Origin: an uncultured Lachnospiraceae bacterium
Lineage (GTDB): Bacteria > Bacillota > Clostridia > Lachnospirales > Lachnospiraceae
Reading direction: 5' to 3'
NCBI GenBank assembly: GCA_910588825.1
Contig: CAJURF010000009.1
Coordinates: 7,553 to 71,552, forward strand
Length of the DNA stretch: 64,000 bases
Position 1 is the first letter of the stretch. Each line of letters starts with the position of its first letter. Below, piece by piece: positions 46,174 to 54,679 of this stretch. Made by a program: the position numbers and the translations under genes. The notes below the pieces were generated by a model that was given only the letters and a program-made list of their open reading frames with translations, did not search any database and had not been told where the DNA came from.

Positions 46174-48567
46174 ATGGAGGCGGTTTTGGAGAAACGAGTA
46201 ATCAGGATATCTGTGCGTAATCTGGTGGAATTCGTGCTGCGAAGCGGTGACCTGGACCGCAGGAGGAGCTCTCAGGCGGATAAGGAAGCCATGCAGAAGG
46301 GAAGCAGAATCCATCGGAAGATCCAGCGGCAGATGGGAGGAGAATATCAGGCTGAGGTTCCCCTGGTATGGGAGCAGGAATATGATGAGTTTGTTCTTCG
46401 GCTGGAGGGGCGTGCAGATGGGATTATAGCGGGAAAAAAGAAATCTGGCTCAGGAGAATCTGTACCGGTGATTGATGAGATTAAAGGGGTCTTTTTGGAT
46501 GTAAATTATATTCAGGAGCCCAAAGAGGTGCATCTGGCACAGGCGAAATGTTATGCCTGCATCTATGCCCAGATCAATCAGTGCCCCAAAATTGCCGTAC
46601 AGATGACTTATTGTAATATGGAGACAGAGCAGATCCGCCGTTTTCACAGTGAGTATGCTGCTGATGAGCTGAAGCAGTGGTTTCAGGGAATATTGGCGTA
46701 CTATCAGAAATGGGCGCAGTATCAGGTGCAGTGGCTGAACCGGAGGAATGAGTCCATGGAGGGGCTGGAGTTTCCATTTCCATACCGGCCGGGGCAGCGG
46801 GATATTGTGAAAGGGGTGTATCACTGCATCACAGTGAGAAAACAGCTGTTTGTCCAGGCACCTACGGGGGTGGGGAAGACCATGTCTGCGGTATTTCCTG
46901 CTGTCCGGGCCATGGGGGAGGGCAGGGGAGAGAAAATCTTCTACCTGACTGCGAAAAATGTGGCCCGTGTGGTGGCGGAAGAGGCAGTTTCCCTGCTGAG
47001 ACAAAAGGGTCTGCTCTTCCAGGCAGTGGTTTTGACGGCCAGGGAGAAGATCTGCCCCATGGAAAAAGCTATGTGCAATCCAGACGAATGTCCTTATGCC
47101 AAAGGACATTTTGACCGGGTCAATGACGCTGTATTTGAATTGTGGACCCGGGAAGGGGATTTGGACAGAAAGGCCATAGAAAATCAGGCAGAGAGATGGC
47201 AGGTGTGTCCCTATGAGATGAGCCTGGACCTGGCCCTGTGGGTGGATGCGGTTATCTGTGACTATAATTATGTATTTGACCCCAATGCCCATCTGCGCCG
47301 CTTTTTCGGAGAAAATGCCAAAGGGGATTATATCTTTCTGATTGACGAGGCCCATAATCTGGTGGAGAGGGGAAGAACCATGTACAGCGCGCAGCTTGGC
47401 AGAAAACGTGTGCTGGCCGCTCGAAGGAAATTCCGTTCTCTTTCCAGGAAGCTGGGGCGGCATCTGAGCAGGCTGAACCGGCAGCTGCTGGCTATGGAGA
47501 AAGAATGTGACACATACCGTGTGCTGGAAAATGCGGGGAACATACCTGCTCTGGTGATGAATATCACAGGGGAAGTGGAAGCGCTGATGGAAAATGATGA
47601 TGTGGAGCTTACACGGGAAGAACGGGAGGAACTTCTGGACTTTTATTTTGTCATGCGGGACTTTCTGAACATTTCAGAGCTGGTAGATGATAATTATGTG
47701 GTCTATACACAGCAAGATGAGGAAGACGGCTTTCGGATGAAACTTTTCTGTGTGAATCCCTCCAGAAATCTGCAGAACTATCTGGATAAAGGGGCCAGCG
47801 CGGTTTTCTTTTCCGCCACATTTTACCCCATGTCCTATTACCGGTCATTGTTCAGCAGGAGGCAGGATGACTATGCAGTGTATGTGAAGTCGCCTTTTGA
47901 CCAGAAAAACAGGTGCCTGTGCATCGGGCGGGATGTGAGCAGCCGCTATACCAGGCGGGGTCAGGAGGAGTATCGGAAGATTTCCGGATATATTTACCAG
48001 ACAGCTTCTGCCAGAATCGGCAATTATCTGGTGTTTCTCCCCTCTTATCAGATGCTGCAGGAGGTGTTACAGGAATTTCTGGGACAGTATGGGAGCCAGT
48101 CTGTCCGCTGTATCTGTCAGAGGTCAGGGATGGATGAGGGGGAGAGGGAAGAGTTCCTGGACATGTTCCGGCAGGGGCAGCAGGAGGAAAGCCTTGTGGG
48201 ATTCTGTGTCATGGGAGGAGTTTTTTCCGAGGGGATTGATCTGATCGGTGACAGCCTCATAGGCGTTGTGGTGGTTGGCACGGGGATTCCCCAGATTGGC
48301 TGTGAGCGGGAGATACTCAAAGAGTATTATGATGCCCGGGGCAAGAAGGGATTTGACTATGCTTACCGCTATCCGGGAATGAATAAAGTGCTCCAGGCCG
48401 CGGGAAGGGTGATCCGTACGATGCAGGACCAAGGGGTGATTCTGCTTTTGGATGACAGGTTCCTTGGGTGGGAATACCGTCGGCTGTTTCCAGTGGAATG
48501 GTCAGATTATCAGGTGTGCGTCCAGGAGACCCTGGCGCAGCACCTGAAAAATTTCTGGAGCGGCTGA
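46174..48567 (+). CDS. PD-(D/E)XK nuclease domain fused to DinG/XPD-family (Rad3-like) 4Fe-4S ATP-dependent DNA helicase
   Basis: N-terminal RADGIIAG...VIDEIKG (D...ExK motif). Helicase Walker A QAPTGVGKT, DEAH box LIDEAHNL. FeS cysteines CPMEKAMCNPDECPYAKG. Alternative TTG start at 46186 with SD GGAGG. Confidence 0.75.
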   Translation: MEAVLEKRVIRISVRNLVEFVLRSGDLDRRRSSQADKEAMQKGSRIHRKIQRQMGGEYQAEVPLVWEQEYDEFVLRLEGRADGIIAGKKKSGSGESVPVIDEIKGVFLDVNYIQEPKEVHLAQAKCYACIYAQINQCPKIAVQMTYCNMETEQIRRFHSEYAADELKQWFQGILAYYQKWAQYQVQWLNRRNESMEGLEFPFPYRPGQRDIVKGVYHCITVRKQLFVQAPTGVGKTMSAVFPAVRAMGEGRGEKIFYLTAKNVARVVAEEAVSLLRQKGLLFQAVVLTAREKICPMEKAMCNPDECPYAKGHFDRVNDAVFELWTREGDLDRKAIENQAERWQVCPYEMSLDLALWVDAVICDYNYVFDPNAHLRRFFGENAKGDYIFLIDEAHNLVERGRTMYSAQLGRKRVLAARRKFRSLSRKLGRHLSRLNRQLLAMEKECDTYRVLENAGNIPALVMNITGEVEALMENDDVELTREEREELLDFYFVMRDFLNISELVDDNYVVYTQQDEEDGFRMKLFCVNPSRNLQNYLDKGASAVFFSATFYPMSYYRSLFSRRQDDYAVYVKSPFDQKNRCLCIGRDVSSRYTRRGQEEYRKISGYIYQTASARIGNYLVFLPSYQMLQEVLQEFLGQYGSQSVRCICQRSGMDEGEREEFLDMFRQGQQEESLVGFCVMGGVFSEGIDLIGDSLIGVVVVGTGIPQIGCEREILKEYYDARGKKGFDYAYRYPGMNKVLQAAGRVIRTMQDQGVILLLDDRFLGWEYRRLFPVEWSDYQVCVQETLAQHLKNFWSG

Positions 48568-48574
48568 ATACAGT

Positions 48575-49396
48575 CTAATCTTCGTCAAATGTCACATCCA
48601 CAGTGCCCATGCCGCATTCAATCTGCAGTTTTGACTCCGCGTCATCACCGGAGTATTCGTGGTGTCCCATGGAAAAGCTGTTTTTACCCACGTTTACAGC
48701 TCCGGCACCACAGGTAATGTCACAGTCATAGTCATCCTGGCTGTATGCCAAAGCCAGAGATACGGTGCCCATGGCGCAGTCGATTTTGGTATCTTCGCAG
48801 TCCAGGTATGACAGGTTCAGCTCTCCCACACCGATCTCCCATTCGGATTTTTCGGACAGGATTTCTCCAGTAGAACTCAGGGAACCGGCACCCAGTTTTA
48901 CTTTTAACTCATCTGCATCCAGATTTTCTACTGTGACAGCAGCAGCGCCCATGTCCAGCTCTGCCTCATCGAAGTATTCGTCTTCCGGAAGGCAGATGCG
49001 CAGCCGGGCATTTTCCCGGATTTTCTGAGAATCTGTGGTGATTTTCAGCGTGCCTCCATCCATAAAAGTCTGGATGGACTGAGAGGGGTCGGAGAGGACT
49101 TCCACATAAATCTCATCTTCATCCGTTTCTACCACCTCCAGTGTGCCTCTTTTAAATTCCACATCCAGGGATTCTACATCGTAATAATATTGGCGGTCGG
49201 AACCAGCATTGGACTGTCTGTTCTTTTCTGAACGGTGGATGATATCCTGGGAGGGGATGTAGAATTCCCCCTGGTCCACAGCGTTGATGAACTGGCTCCA
49301 GGTGGCGCCCAGGGCCACGGAGGCGATAACAGAGCCAAGGCCCAGGGTAAAAAAGAGAACGGATAGTATCACACCGATTTTTATGATTGTTTTCAT
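48575..49396 (-). CDS. DUF4097 family beta-strand-repeat protein (putative adhesin-like)
   Basis: N-terminal TM. Repeated beta segments (TVDVTFDED-like). Third gene of the PadR-DUF1700-DUF4097 triad. Confidence 0.6.
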   Translation of the reverse strand: MKTIIKIGVILSVLFFTLGLGSVIASVALGATWSQFINAVDQGEFYIPSQDIIHRSEKNRQSNAGSDRQYYYDVESLDVEFKRGTLEVVETDEDEIYVEVLSDPSQSIQTFMDGGTLKITTDSQKIRENARLRICLPEDEYFDEAELDMGAAAVTVENLDADELKVKLGAGSLSSTGEILSEKSEWEIGVGELNLSYLDCEDTKIDCAMGTVSLALAYSQDDYDCDITCGAGAVNVGKNSFSMGHHEYSGDDAESKLQIECGMGTVDVTFDED

Positions 49397-49409
49397 ATAT
49401 TTTCCTTTC

Positions 49410-50186
49410 TTATTTTTTCAGAGTTTTCCATTTTTCCTGGCACCAGTCAAAGAACTGGAGCAGGTGTTTCCAGCACCAGCGGGCCAGCCGGGGAAGTATC
49501 TTGATGGCCACCCATAGAAACGAGATCAACAGTAAAATGCCCACTGCCAGGATAATCAGTCCCAGCCCGGTGACCAATAAACCCAGAGCAGGGTTGGTGA
49601 TACATTTTACCAGGCCCGCTGCTGTCATGGCAGCACCGCCAGTAATGGTTGCCAGGGCCATGCCCGCCAGTCCGGCAGCCAGCCCGAAGACTGCGGCCAG
49701 CAGTCCGAACACCAGTCCGAAGATACCTCCAAGAAGTCCAAACACCAGCCCGATGATACCGCCTAGAAGTTCCACTCCGATACTGCAGGCTGCTGCAAGA
49801 GCCAGGATGATAATCACAATCTTTTTGGTCTTGCTGTCTTTGAAAAATTCCCGATGGCCTTTGTTTTGTTTCTCAGTGTGGTCATTGTCCGGGCTGGGCA
49901 TGGGCCGGGGTGTTTGCATGTTGTGGGGAATCCGGGTGTCGCGAAAACCCTGCTCGGAGTATTCCCCGTAATTTTTCTGCGATGTTTTCGCTGACTGAAA
50001 TTCTGCTTTCAAGCTTGCGGCAGCCTTTTGGGGGTCGCCGCCCAGTTCCTGGATGACCTGGGCTTCATTCTCAGGACCTGCGTCGTCAAAATAGTTATTG
50101 TAATATTCCAGAGCTTCCCTGCGCTCTGCTTCTGGAATGTCTTCCAGCAGCTGGGCAAGCTGTCTTAAAAATTCCTGCCTGTTCAT
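49410..50186 (-). CDS. DUF1700 domain membrane protein
   Basis: N-terminus MNRQEFLRQLAQLLEDIPEAERREALEYYNNYFDDAG (DUF1700). Gly-rich TM region. SD GAGGAGGGA. Confidence 0.65.
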   Translation of the reverse strand: MNRQEFLRQLAQLLEDIPEAERREALEYYNNYFDDAGPENEAQVIQELGGDPQKAAASLKAEFQSAKTSQKNYGEYSEQGFRDTRIPHNMQTPRPMPSPDNDHTEKQNKGHREFFKDSKTKKIVIIILALAAACSIGVELLGGIIGLVFGLLGGIFGLVFGLLAAVFGLAAGLAGMALATITGGAAMTAAGLVKCITNPALGLLVTGLGLIILAVGILLLISFLWVAIKILPRLARWCWKHLLQFFDWCQEKWKTLKK

Positions 50187-50208
50187 AATTATGATCCCTC
50201 CTCTTTCT

Positions 50209-50532
50209 TCAGACATGATAGCTGCCGGTCAGAACACTGGTGATCCGGCTGGAATATTTTTTCCATTCAGATTGATACAGGTTCAGCTGTGCAGCGCCTT
50301 TTTCTGTAATCTTGTAATATCTTCGGTTCCTGCCGTGAAATTCCATATCATACGCTTCCAGACAGTCGTCTTTCTGCAGACGGCGGAGCACCGGATAGAG
50401 TGTGGATTCGGAGATATTAATAGCCTGCCGCACATCCTGGGTGATTTTATATCCATAAGTTCCTTCTTTTGTTCTGGATACCACAGCCAGAACAATGGCG
50501 TCCAGCAGGGCAGCGCCTGTGTTAAATACCAT
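50209..50532 (-). CDS. PadR family transcriptional regulator
   Basis: YGYKITQDVRQ...STLYPVLRRLQKDDCLEAY winged-helix PadR signature. Confidence 0.8.
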   Translation of the reverse strand: MVFNTGAALLDAIVLAVVSRTKEGTYGYKITQDVRQAINISESTLYPVLRRLQKDDCLEAYDMEFHGRNRRYYKITEKGAAQLNLYQSEWKKYSSRITSVLTGSYHV

Positions 50533-50570
50533 ATGATCCCTCCTGTGTGTTTCAGTTTATTGTTTTGATA

Positions 50571-50614
50571 ATAATACTATATATCATATAATATAGATTT
50601 GTCAATAGTATTAT
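50571..50614. promoter_or_regulatory. Candidate PadR operator: 10-bp perfect inverted repeat ATAATACTAT-N24-ATAGTATTAT
   Basis: Located about 40 nt upstream of the padR start in an AT-rich promoter region. Confidence 0.4.
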
Positions 50615-50850
50615 ATGGGATTTTCTTACAGTTTCTTGGAGGGTGTTTGAAGATGGGGCTGCGTGTTGACTTTGTGATATGATGAAATTATAATAATTGT
50701 TATAGAATTTTGAAATGATTAGTAATACTGGAGCAGTGTGTTTACAGTACGGCTTGGGAATTAGACCCGCACTTATTGTGATAATTATTTAGAAAATGCC
50801 CAGTACACAATAGAGAATTTAATGGAATATTAGTATCTTGACGCCACAAA

Positions 50851-50895
50851 GCGTGTCTGAAAGATCATTTCCGCCATCTTTCAGACACGCTTTCA
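50851..50895 (-). terminator. Terminator-like hairpin downstream of ECF S-component gene
   Basis: gcgtgtctgaaagat-(10-nt loop)-atctttcagacacgc, a 15-bp perfect stem. Weak T-run. Confidence 0.45.
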
Positions 50896-50912
50896 GTACT
50901 CCCTGTCATCCA

Positions 50913-51446
50913 TCAACGGCGCCGTGAAGTCCTATCTGCCATACAGGCAAAGTCCGGCACTGCTGACAACACCGGATACAGCAAAAGAGCCAGCACGAGA
51001 CCGCCGATGCCTTGAGCCAGGTTGGGAATCATGCTTCCCAGTGCGGCGGCAAATCCATACAGGACAATCTCACAGATTCCATAGCCGGACACTACCAGCA
51101 CAATATCTGCGATCCCGCCTGCGGCAACTCCCGCCCAGGCAGGTATTCCTCTGGTTTTCACAAACTGAAAGGCTTTTCCTGCCAGCAATCCCACAGCGCC
51201 TTTAATGACAAATGTAATAGGAACATATAGAAAATAGCCGCCCAGAAGATCTGACATAGCTGACCCAATGCCAGCGGCAAGACCGCCGTACACAGGGCCC
51301 AGAAAGATTCCGGACAGAATCACGATTGCGTCGCCAGGATGAATATACCCTCCGGTTCCCGGGGTAGGTATCCGGATTGACATTGTCGCCGCGCATGCCA
51401 GAGCCGCAAACAGGGCCGCCAGCACCAGTTTCTTTGTATTTTTCAT
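50913..51446 (-). CDS. ECF transporter S component (substrate-specific membrane subunit)
   Basis: 177 aa, about 5 TM helices, glycine-rich. YIHPGDAIVILSGIFLGPVYGGLAAG typical of ECF S units (ThiW/QueT-like size). Confidence 0.6.
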   Translation of the reverse strand: MKNTKKLVLAALFAALACAATMSIRIPTPGTGGYIHPGDAIVILSGIFLGPVYGGLAAGIGSAMSDLLGGYFLYVPITFVIKGAVGLLAGKAFQFVKTRGIPAWAGVAAGGIADIVLVVSGYGICEIVLYGFAAALGSMIPNLAQGIGGLVLALLLYPVLSAVPDFACMADRTSRRR

Positions 51447-51540
51447 TTTCAGCCACTTCCTTTCAAGTATTACGGCAGGGGTGTCCGCTTTTAGGCAATG
51501 GGATTTTTAACCCTGCTGAATAGTTATATTTCAGCTATAT

Positions 51541-51569
51541 ATCATACACCCGCCAGCAGAATTTGACAA
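51541..51569 (-). promoter_or_regulatory. Sigma-A type promoter (TTGTCA-17-TATGAT) for ECF S-component gene
   Basis: Minus strand reads TTGTCAaattctgctggcgggtgTATGAT, about 95 nt upstream of ATG. Confidence 0.45.
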
Positions 51570-51706
51570 TCCATTTTTTTATTCCAATCACCGCGTGAAA
51601 ATGTTATAATAAAAACACTATACTATTTCTTTGACACGCATGGGGGAAATGTAGAGAAATAGCAGCAGAGAGTTATTCTATTACAGTTCCCAGGGAGGAC
51701 GATATT

Positions 51707-53956
51707 TTGTATAAGCAGACACCTTATCTGCACTCTTTAATTGAAAATTTATTATACGTACTGCAAAATACCAGTGAAACGGATGCGGATGCTGGTGCTG
51801 ACGGCAAAACTTTAGCTGCGGGAAGCCATCTGCTGGCGGACGGCCAGAAAATAGAGACGGCCCGGGAATTTGCAAAATTTATGGATGAAATGCCGGGAGG
51901 GTTTTTCATTTACCGCGCCCACGGCGCCGAAGAACTCCTCTATGCAAATGCCGCCCTGCTCCGAATCTTCAACTGCAGCAGCATGGAGCAGTTTCGGAAA
52001 CACACGGGCAATTCGTTCAAAGGTATTGTTCACCCTGATGATCTGGAAGCGGTAGAAAAAAGCATCTACGAACAGATTCAGCATAACCAGGACGACCTGG
52101 ACTATGTGGAATACCGGATTATCCGCACAGACGGGCAGATTCGCTGGCTGGAGGATTATGGCCATTTTGTCCACAGTGAGACATTGGGAGATATTTTCTA
52201 TGTCTTTGTAGGAGACGCCACGGAAAAAAGAAATCGTCTGCTGGCTGAAAGAGCCATATTTACCACAGACAAACTGCAGAAAGTTCAAAATCTGCAGACC
52301 CAGATTGATATATACAACCGGCAGATGCGGGATTTTAACCGGGAGCATCTGCAGCGTCTGGAGGTAATCGAAGGTCTCAGCGTCAATTATGAGTCTATCC
52401 TCTATGCGGATTTGGATATCAATAAAGTAATACCATACCGTCTGAGCAGCAGGACAGAATATCAATTTAACAAAAAATATGAAGTAAGGGATTATCAGTG
52501 GTATACTGCCGATTATGTCAAAACCTGGGTCTGCCCGGAAGACAGAGAGTTAGTTTTAAAGGCGGCAGACCCTGTTTATATCCGAAAAAGGCTTTCCAGC
52601 ATACAGACATATTATATTAATTTCCGTGTGCTGATGGACGGGGAGGTCCAATACCTGCAGCTTCGCATTGTGGACGTGCGCAGACATGACCATGTGGCTC
52701 AGATAGTTATGGGTTATCGCAGGGTGGATGAGGAGATCCGCCGGGAAATGGAGCAGAAAAAGATTTACCAGGATGCTCTGGAACATGCCAAGCAGGCTAA
52801 TGATGCGAAAAACCTGTTTCTTTCCAACATGTCCCATGACCTGCGCACTCCGCTGAATGCAATCACAGGCTTTACGGCTCTTGCCCGGAATCCAAAAGAC
52901 CGGGAACAGCTCCTTCATTGTCTGGACCAGATAGAGGCGTCCAGTGCCCAGCTTCTGGACCTTATAAACAATGTTCTGGAGTTCTCACAGATGGAATCAG
53001 GTATGGTACATTTGGAGGAAACACCCTTTAACATCTATGATCTGCTCCAGGAGATTTATACAGAGATGCAGCCGTCTGCCCAGGCAAAGAACTTATCCTT
53101 TACGTTACATACAGCAGGTGTGAGACACAGCAGCGTATGCAGTGACCGCCGCAAGATACACCAAATTCTCATGACGCTCATCGGCAATGCCGTTAAATAC
53201 ACAGAACCAGGCGGGAATGTTTCTATTACTGTCACAGAACAGGCATCCGCGGCTGTGGACCATGTCAGTTATTGGTTTGCCGTGGAGGACAGCGGAATCG
53301 GCATGCCGGAAGATTTTGTCAAGCGCATATACGAGCCATTTGGGCGGCAGCAGAATACCACCATCAGCGGTGTGCTGGGCACTGGACTGAGGCTGTCCAT
53401 AGCCAAAAACCTCACCGATATGCTGGGAGGGACCATAGATATTCACAGTATCCCGGACCAGGGCAGCCGTTTCACCCTCATACTGGATATGCGGATAGAG
53501 AAAAATCAGATGGAACCGCCTGCCGGACTGGAGGAAAAAGTACTGGGTCTGGTGGGCAGCCAGAAAATTCTTCTGGTGGAGGACAATGAAGTGAACACAG
53601 AAATCGAGATGGAACTGCTGGAAAGTCTGGGATTTCACATGGATACCGCTGAAAATGGCAGTATTGCCGTGGAAAAGGTGAGCACATCCCGGCCCGGAGA
53701 TTATGCGCTGGTTCTCATGGATATTCAGATGCCTGTCATGGACGGCCATCATGCCGCCCGGGCAATACGCGCTCTGGATAATCCCCGGCTGGCATCCCTG
53801 CCCATCATCGCCCTGTCGGCCAATGCTTTTGATGAAGACCGGAAAATGTCCATGGAAAGCGGGATGAATGCCCACCTGGCAAAACCTCTGGATGTTTCTG
53901 AACTATTGAAACTAATGTGGAAAATTTTATTGAAAAATGAGGAGGAATATCATTGA
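51707..53956 (+). CDS. Cytoplasmic hybrid sensor histidine kinase/response regulator (PAS, HisKA, HATPase, one receiver)
   Basis: TTG start with GGGAGG 9 nt upstream. PAS region. H-box SHDLRTPLNAI. GTGLRLSI. REC LLVEDNEVN...LMDIQMPVMDG. Confidence 0.8.
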   Translation: MYKQTPYLHSLIENLLYVLQNTSETDADAGADGKTLAAGSHLLADGQKIETAREFAKFMDEMPGGFFIYRAHGAEELLYANAALLRIFNCSSMEQFRKHTGNSFKGIVHPDDLEAVEKSIYEQIQHNQDDLDYVEYRIIRTDGQIRWLEDYGHFVHSETLGDIFYVFVGDATEKRNRLLAERAIFTTDKLQKVQNLQTQIDIYNRQMRDFNREHLQRLEVIEGLSVNYESILYADLDINKVIPYRLSSRTEYQFNKKYEVRDYQWYTADYVKTWVCPEDRELVLKAADPVYIRKRLSSIQTYYINFRVLMDGEVQYLQLRIVDVRRHDHVAQIVMGYRRVDEEIRREMEQKKIYQDALEHAKQANDAKNLFLSNMSHDLRTPLNAITGFTALARNPKDREQLLHCLDQIEASSAQLLDLINNVLEFSQMESGMVHLEETPFNIYDLLQEIYTEMQPSAQAKNLSFTLHTAGVRHSSVCSDRRKIHQILMTLIGNAVKYTEPGGNVSITVTEQASAAVDHVSYWFAVEDSGIGMPEDFVKRIYEPFGRQQNTTISGVLGTGLRLSIAKNLTDMLGGTIDIHSIPDQGSRFTLILDMRIEKNQMEPPAGLEEKVLGLVGSQKILLVEDNEVNTEIEMELLESLGFHMDTAENGSIAVEKVSTSRPGDYALVLMDIQMPVMDGHHAARAIRALDNPRLASLPIIALSANAFDEDRKMSMESGMNAHLAKPLDVSELLKLMWKILLKNEEEYH

Positions 53957-54183
53957 AAGAATACGAAGCAGTATGGGAGATTTTTAATCTTTGTTCCGGC
54001 AACCAGATGAGAGATGTCTTTGTGGAAGAACTGGAAATCGAAGACCTGGACGCTTTTATCAAAAACAAATTCAAAGGGGAAGATGTGAGTTATGAGAAAT
54101 CCATTCTGGAGGATGGCACCGTCATCTATGACATCCGCACGTCTGATATCTCACAGCGGTACTCCTTTACAGAAATAAAATAA
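53953..54183 (+). CDS. Hypothetical small protein (76 aa), translationally coupled to upstream kinase
   Basis: TTG start overlaps the kinase TGA. Strong SD GAGGAGGAA 6 nt upstream. Acidic product. Confidence 0.35.
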   Translation: MKEYEAVWEIFNLCSGNQMRDVFVEELEIEDLDAFIKNKFKGEDVSYEKSILEDGTVIYDIRTSDISQRYSFTEIK

Positions 54184-54298
54184 GTTGCTATAATAAGAAC
54201 ATACAATCGATACGCCCAATCAAGCAGATTAAGAAACTGCCAATCATATATTGCTGCAGATGACGCAGGATGCGCAAAACACTATAAACGGAGGCATC

Positions 54299-54661
54299 AT
54301 GAACAAAAGCGAAAATCAGCATTTCCACAAACACGTTCTGGAAAACGGAACAGTTGTGGAACATACCCATGAACATGAGCACGGCCACGGTCACACCCAC
54401 AGCCATACCCATACAAAAGCGGTTATTAACAGGCTTTCCCGCGCCATTGGCCATCTGGAATCTATAAAAAAAATGGTGGAATCCGGAAGGGACTGCAGTG
54501 AAGTACTGGTTCAGTTATCTGCGGTAAAGTCTGCCATCAACAACACAGGAAAGGTCATACTTCAGGACCACATTGAACACTGTATCGTAGATGCAGTGGA
54601 GCACGGAGACAAGCAGGCGCTGGCAGAATTGGAAAAGGCGATCGACCAGTTTATCAAATAG
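54299..54661 (+). CDS. Metal-sensing transcriptional repressor (CsoR/RcnR/FrmR family) with His-rich N-terminal tail
   Basis: SD GGAGG. N-terminal HTHEHEHGHGHTHSHTHT. Core RLSRAIGHLESIKKM...C..H..C metal ligand pattern (DCSEV, IEHCI). Confidence 0.7.
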   Translation: MNKSENQHFHKHVLENGTVVEHTHEHEHGHGHTHSHTHTKAVINRLSRAIGHLESIKKMVESGRDCSEVLVQLSAVKSAINNTGKVILQDHIEHCIVDAVEHGDKQALAELEKAIDQFIK

Positions 54662-54679
54662 CAAAGGAGTATACGCGAC

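Noticed and set aside
45969-46220. 83-aa Arg-rich ORF upstream of the helicase gene
   Set aside because: It overlaps the helicase start in another frame and has an extreme Arg/Gly composition typical of a GC-rich non-coding frame. There is no SD.
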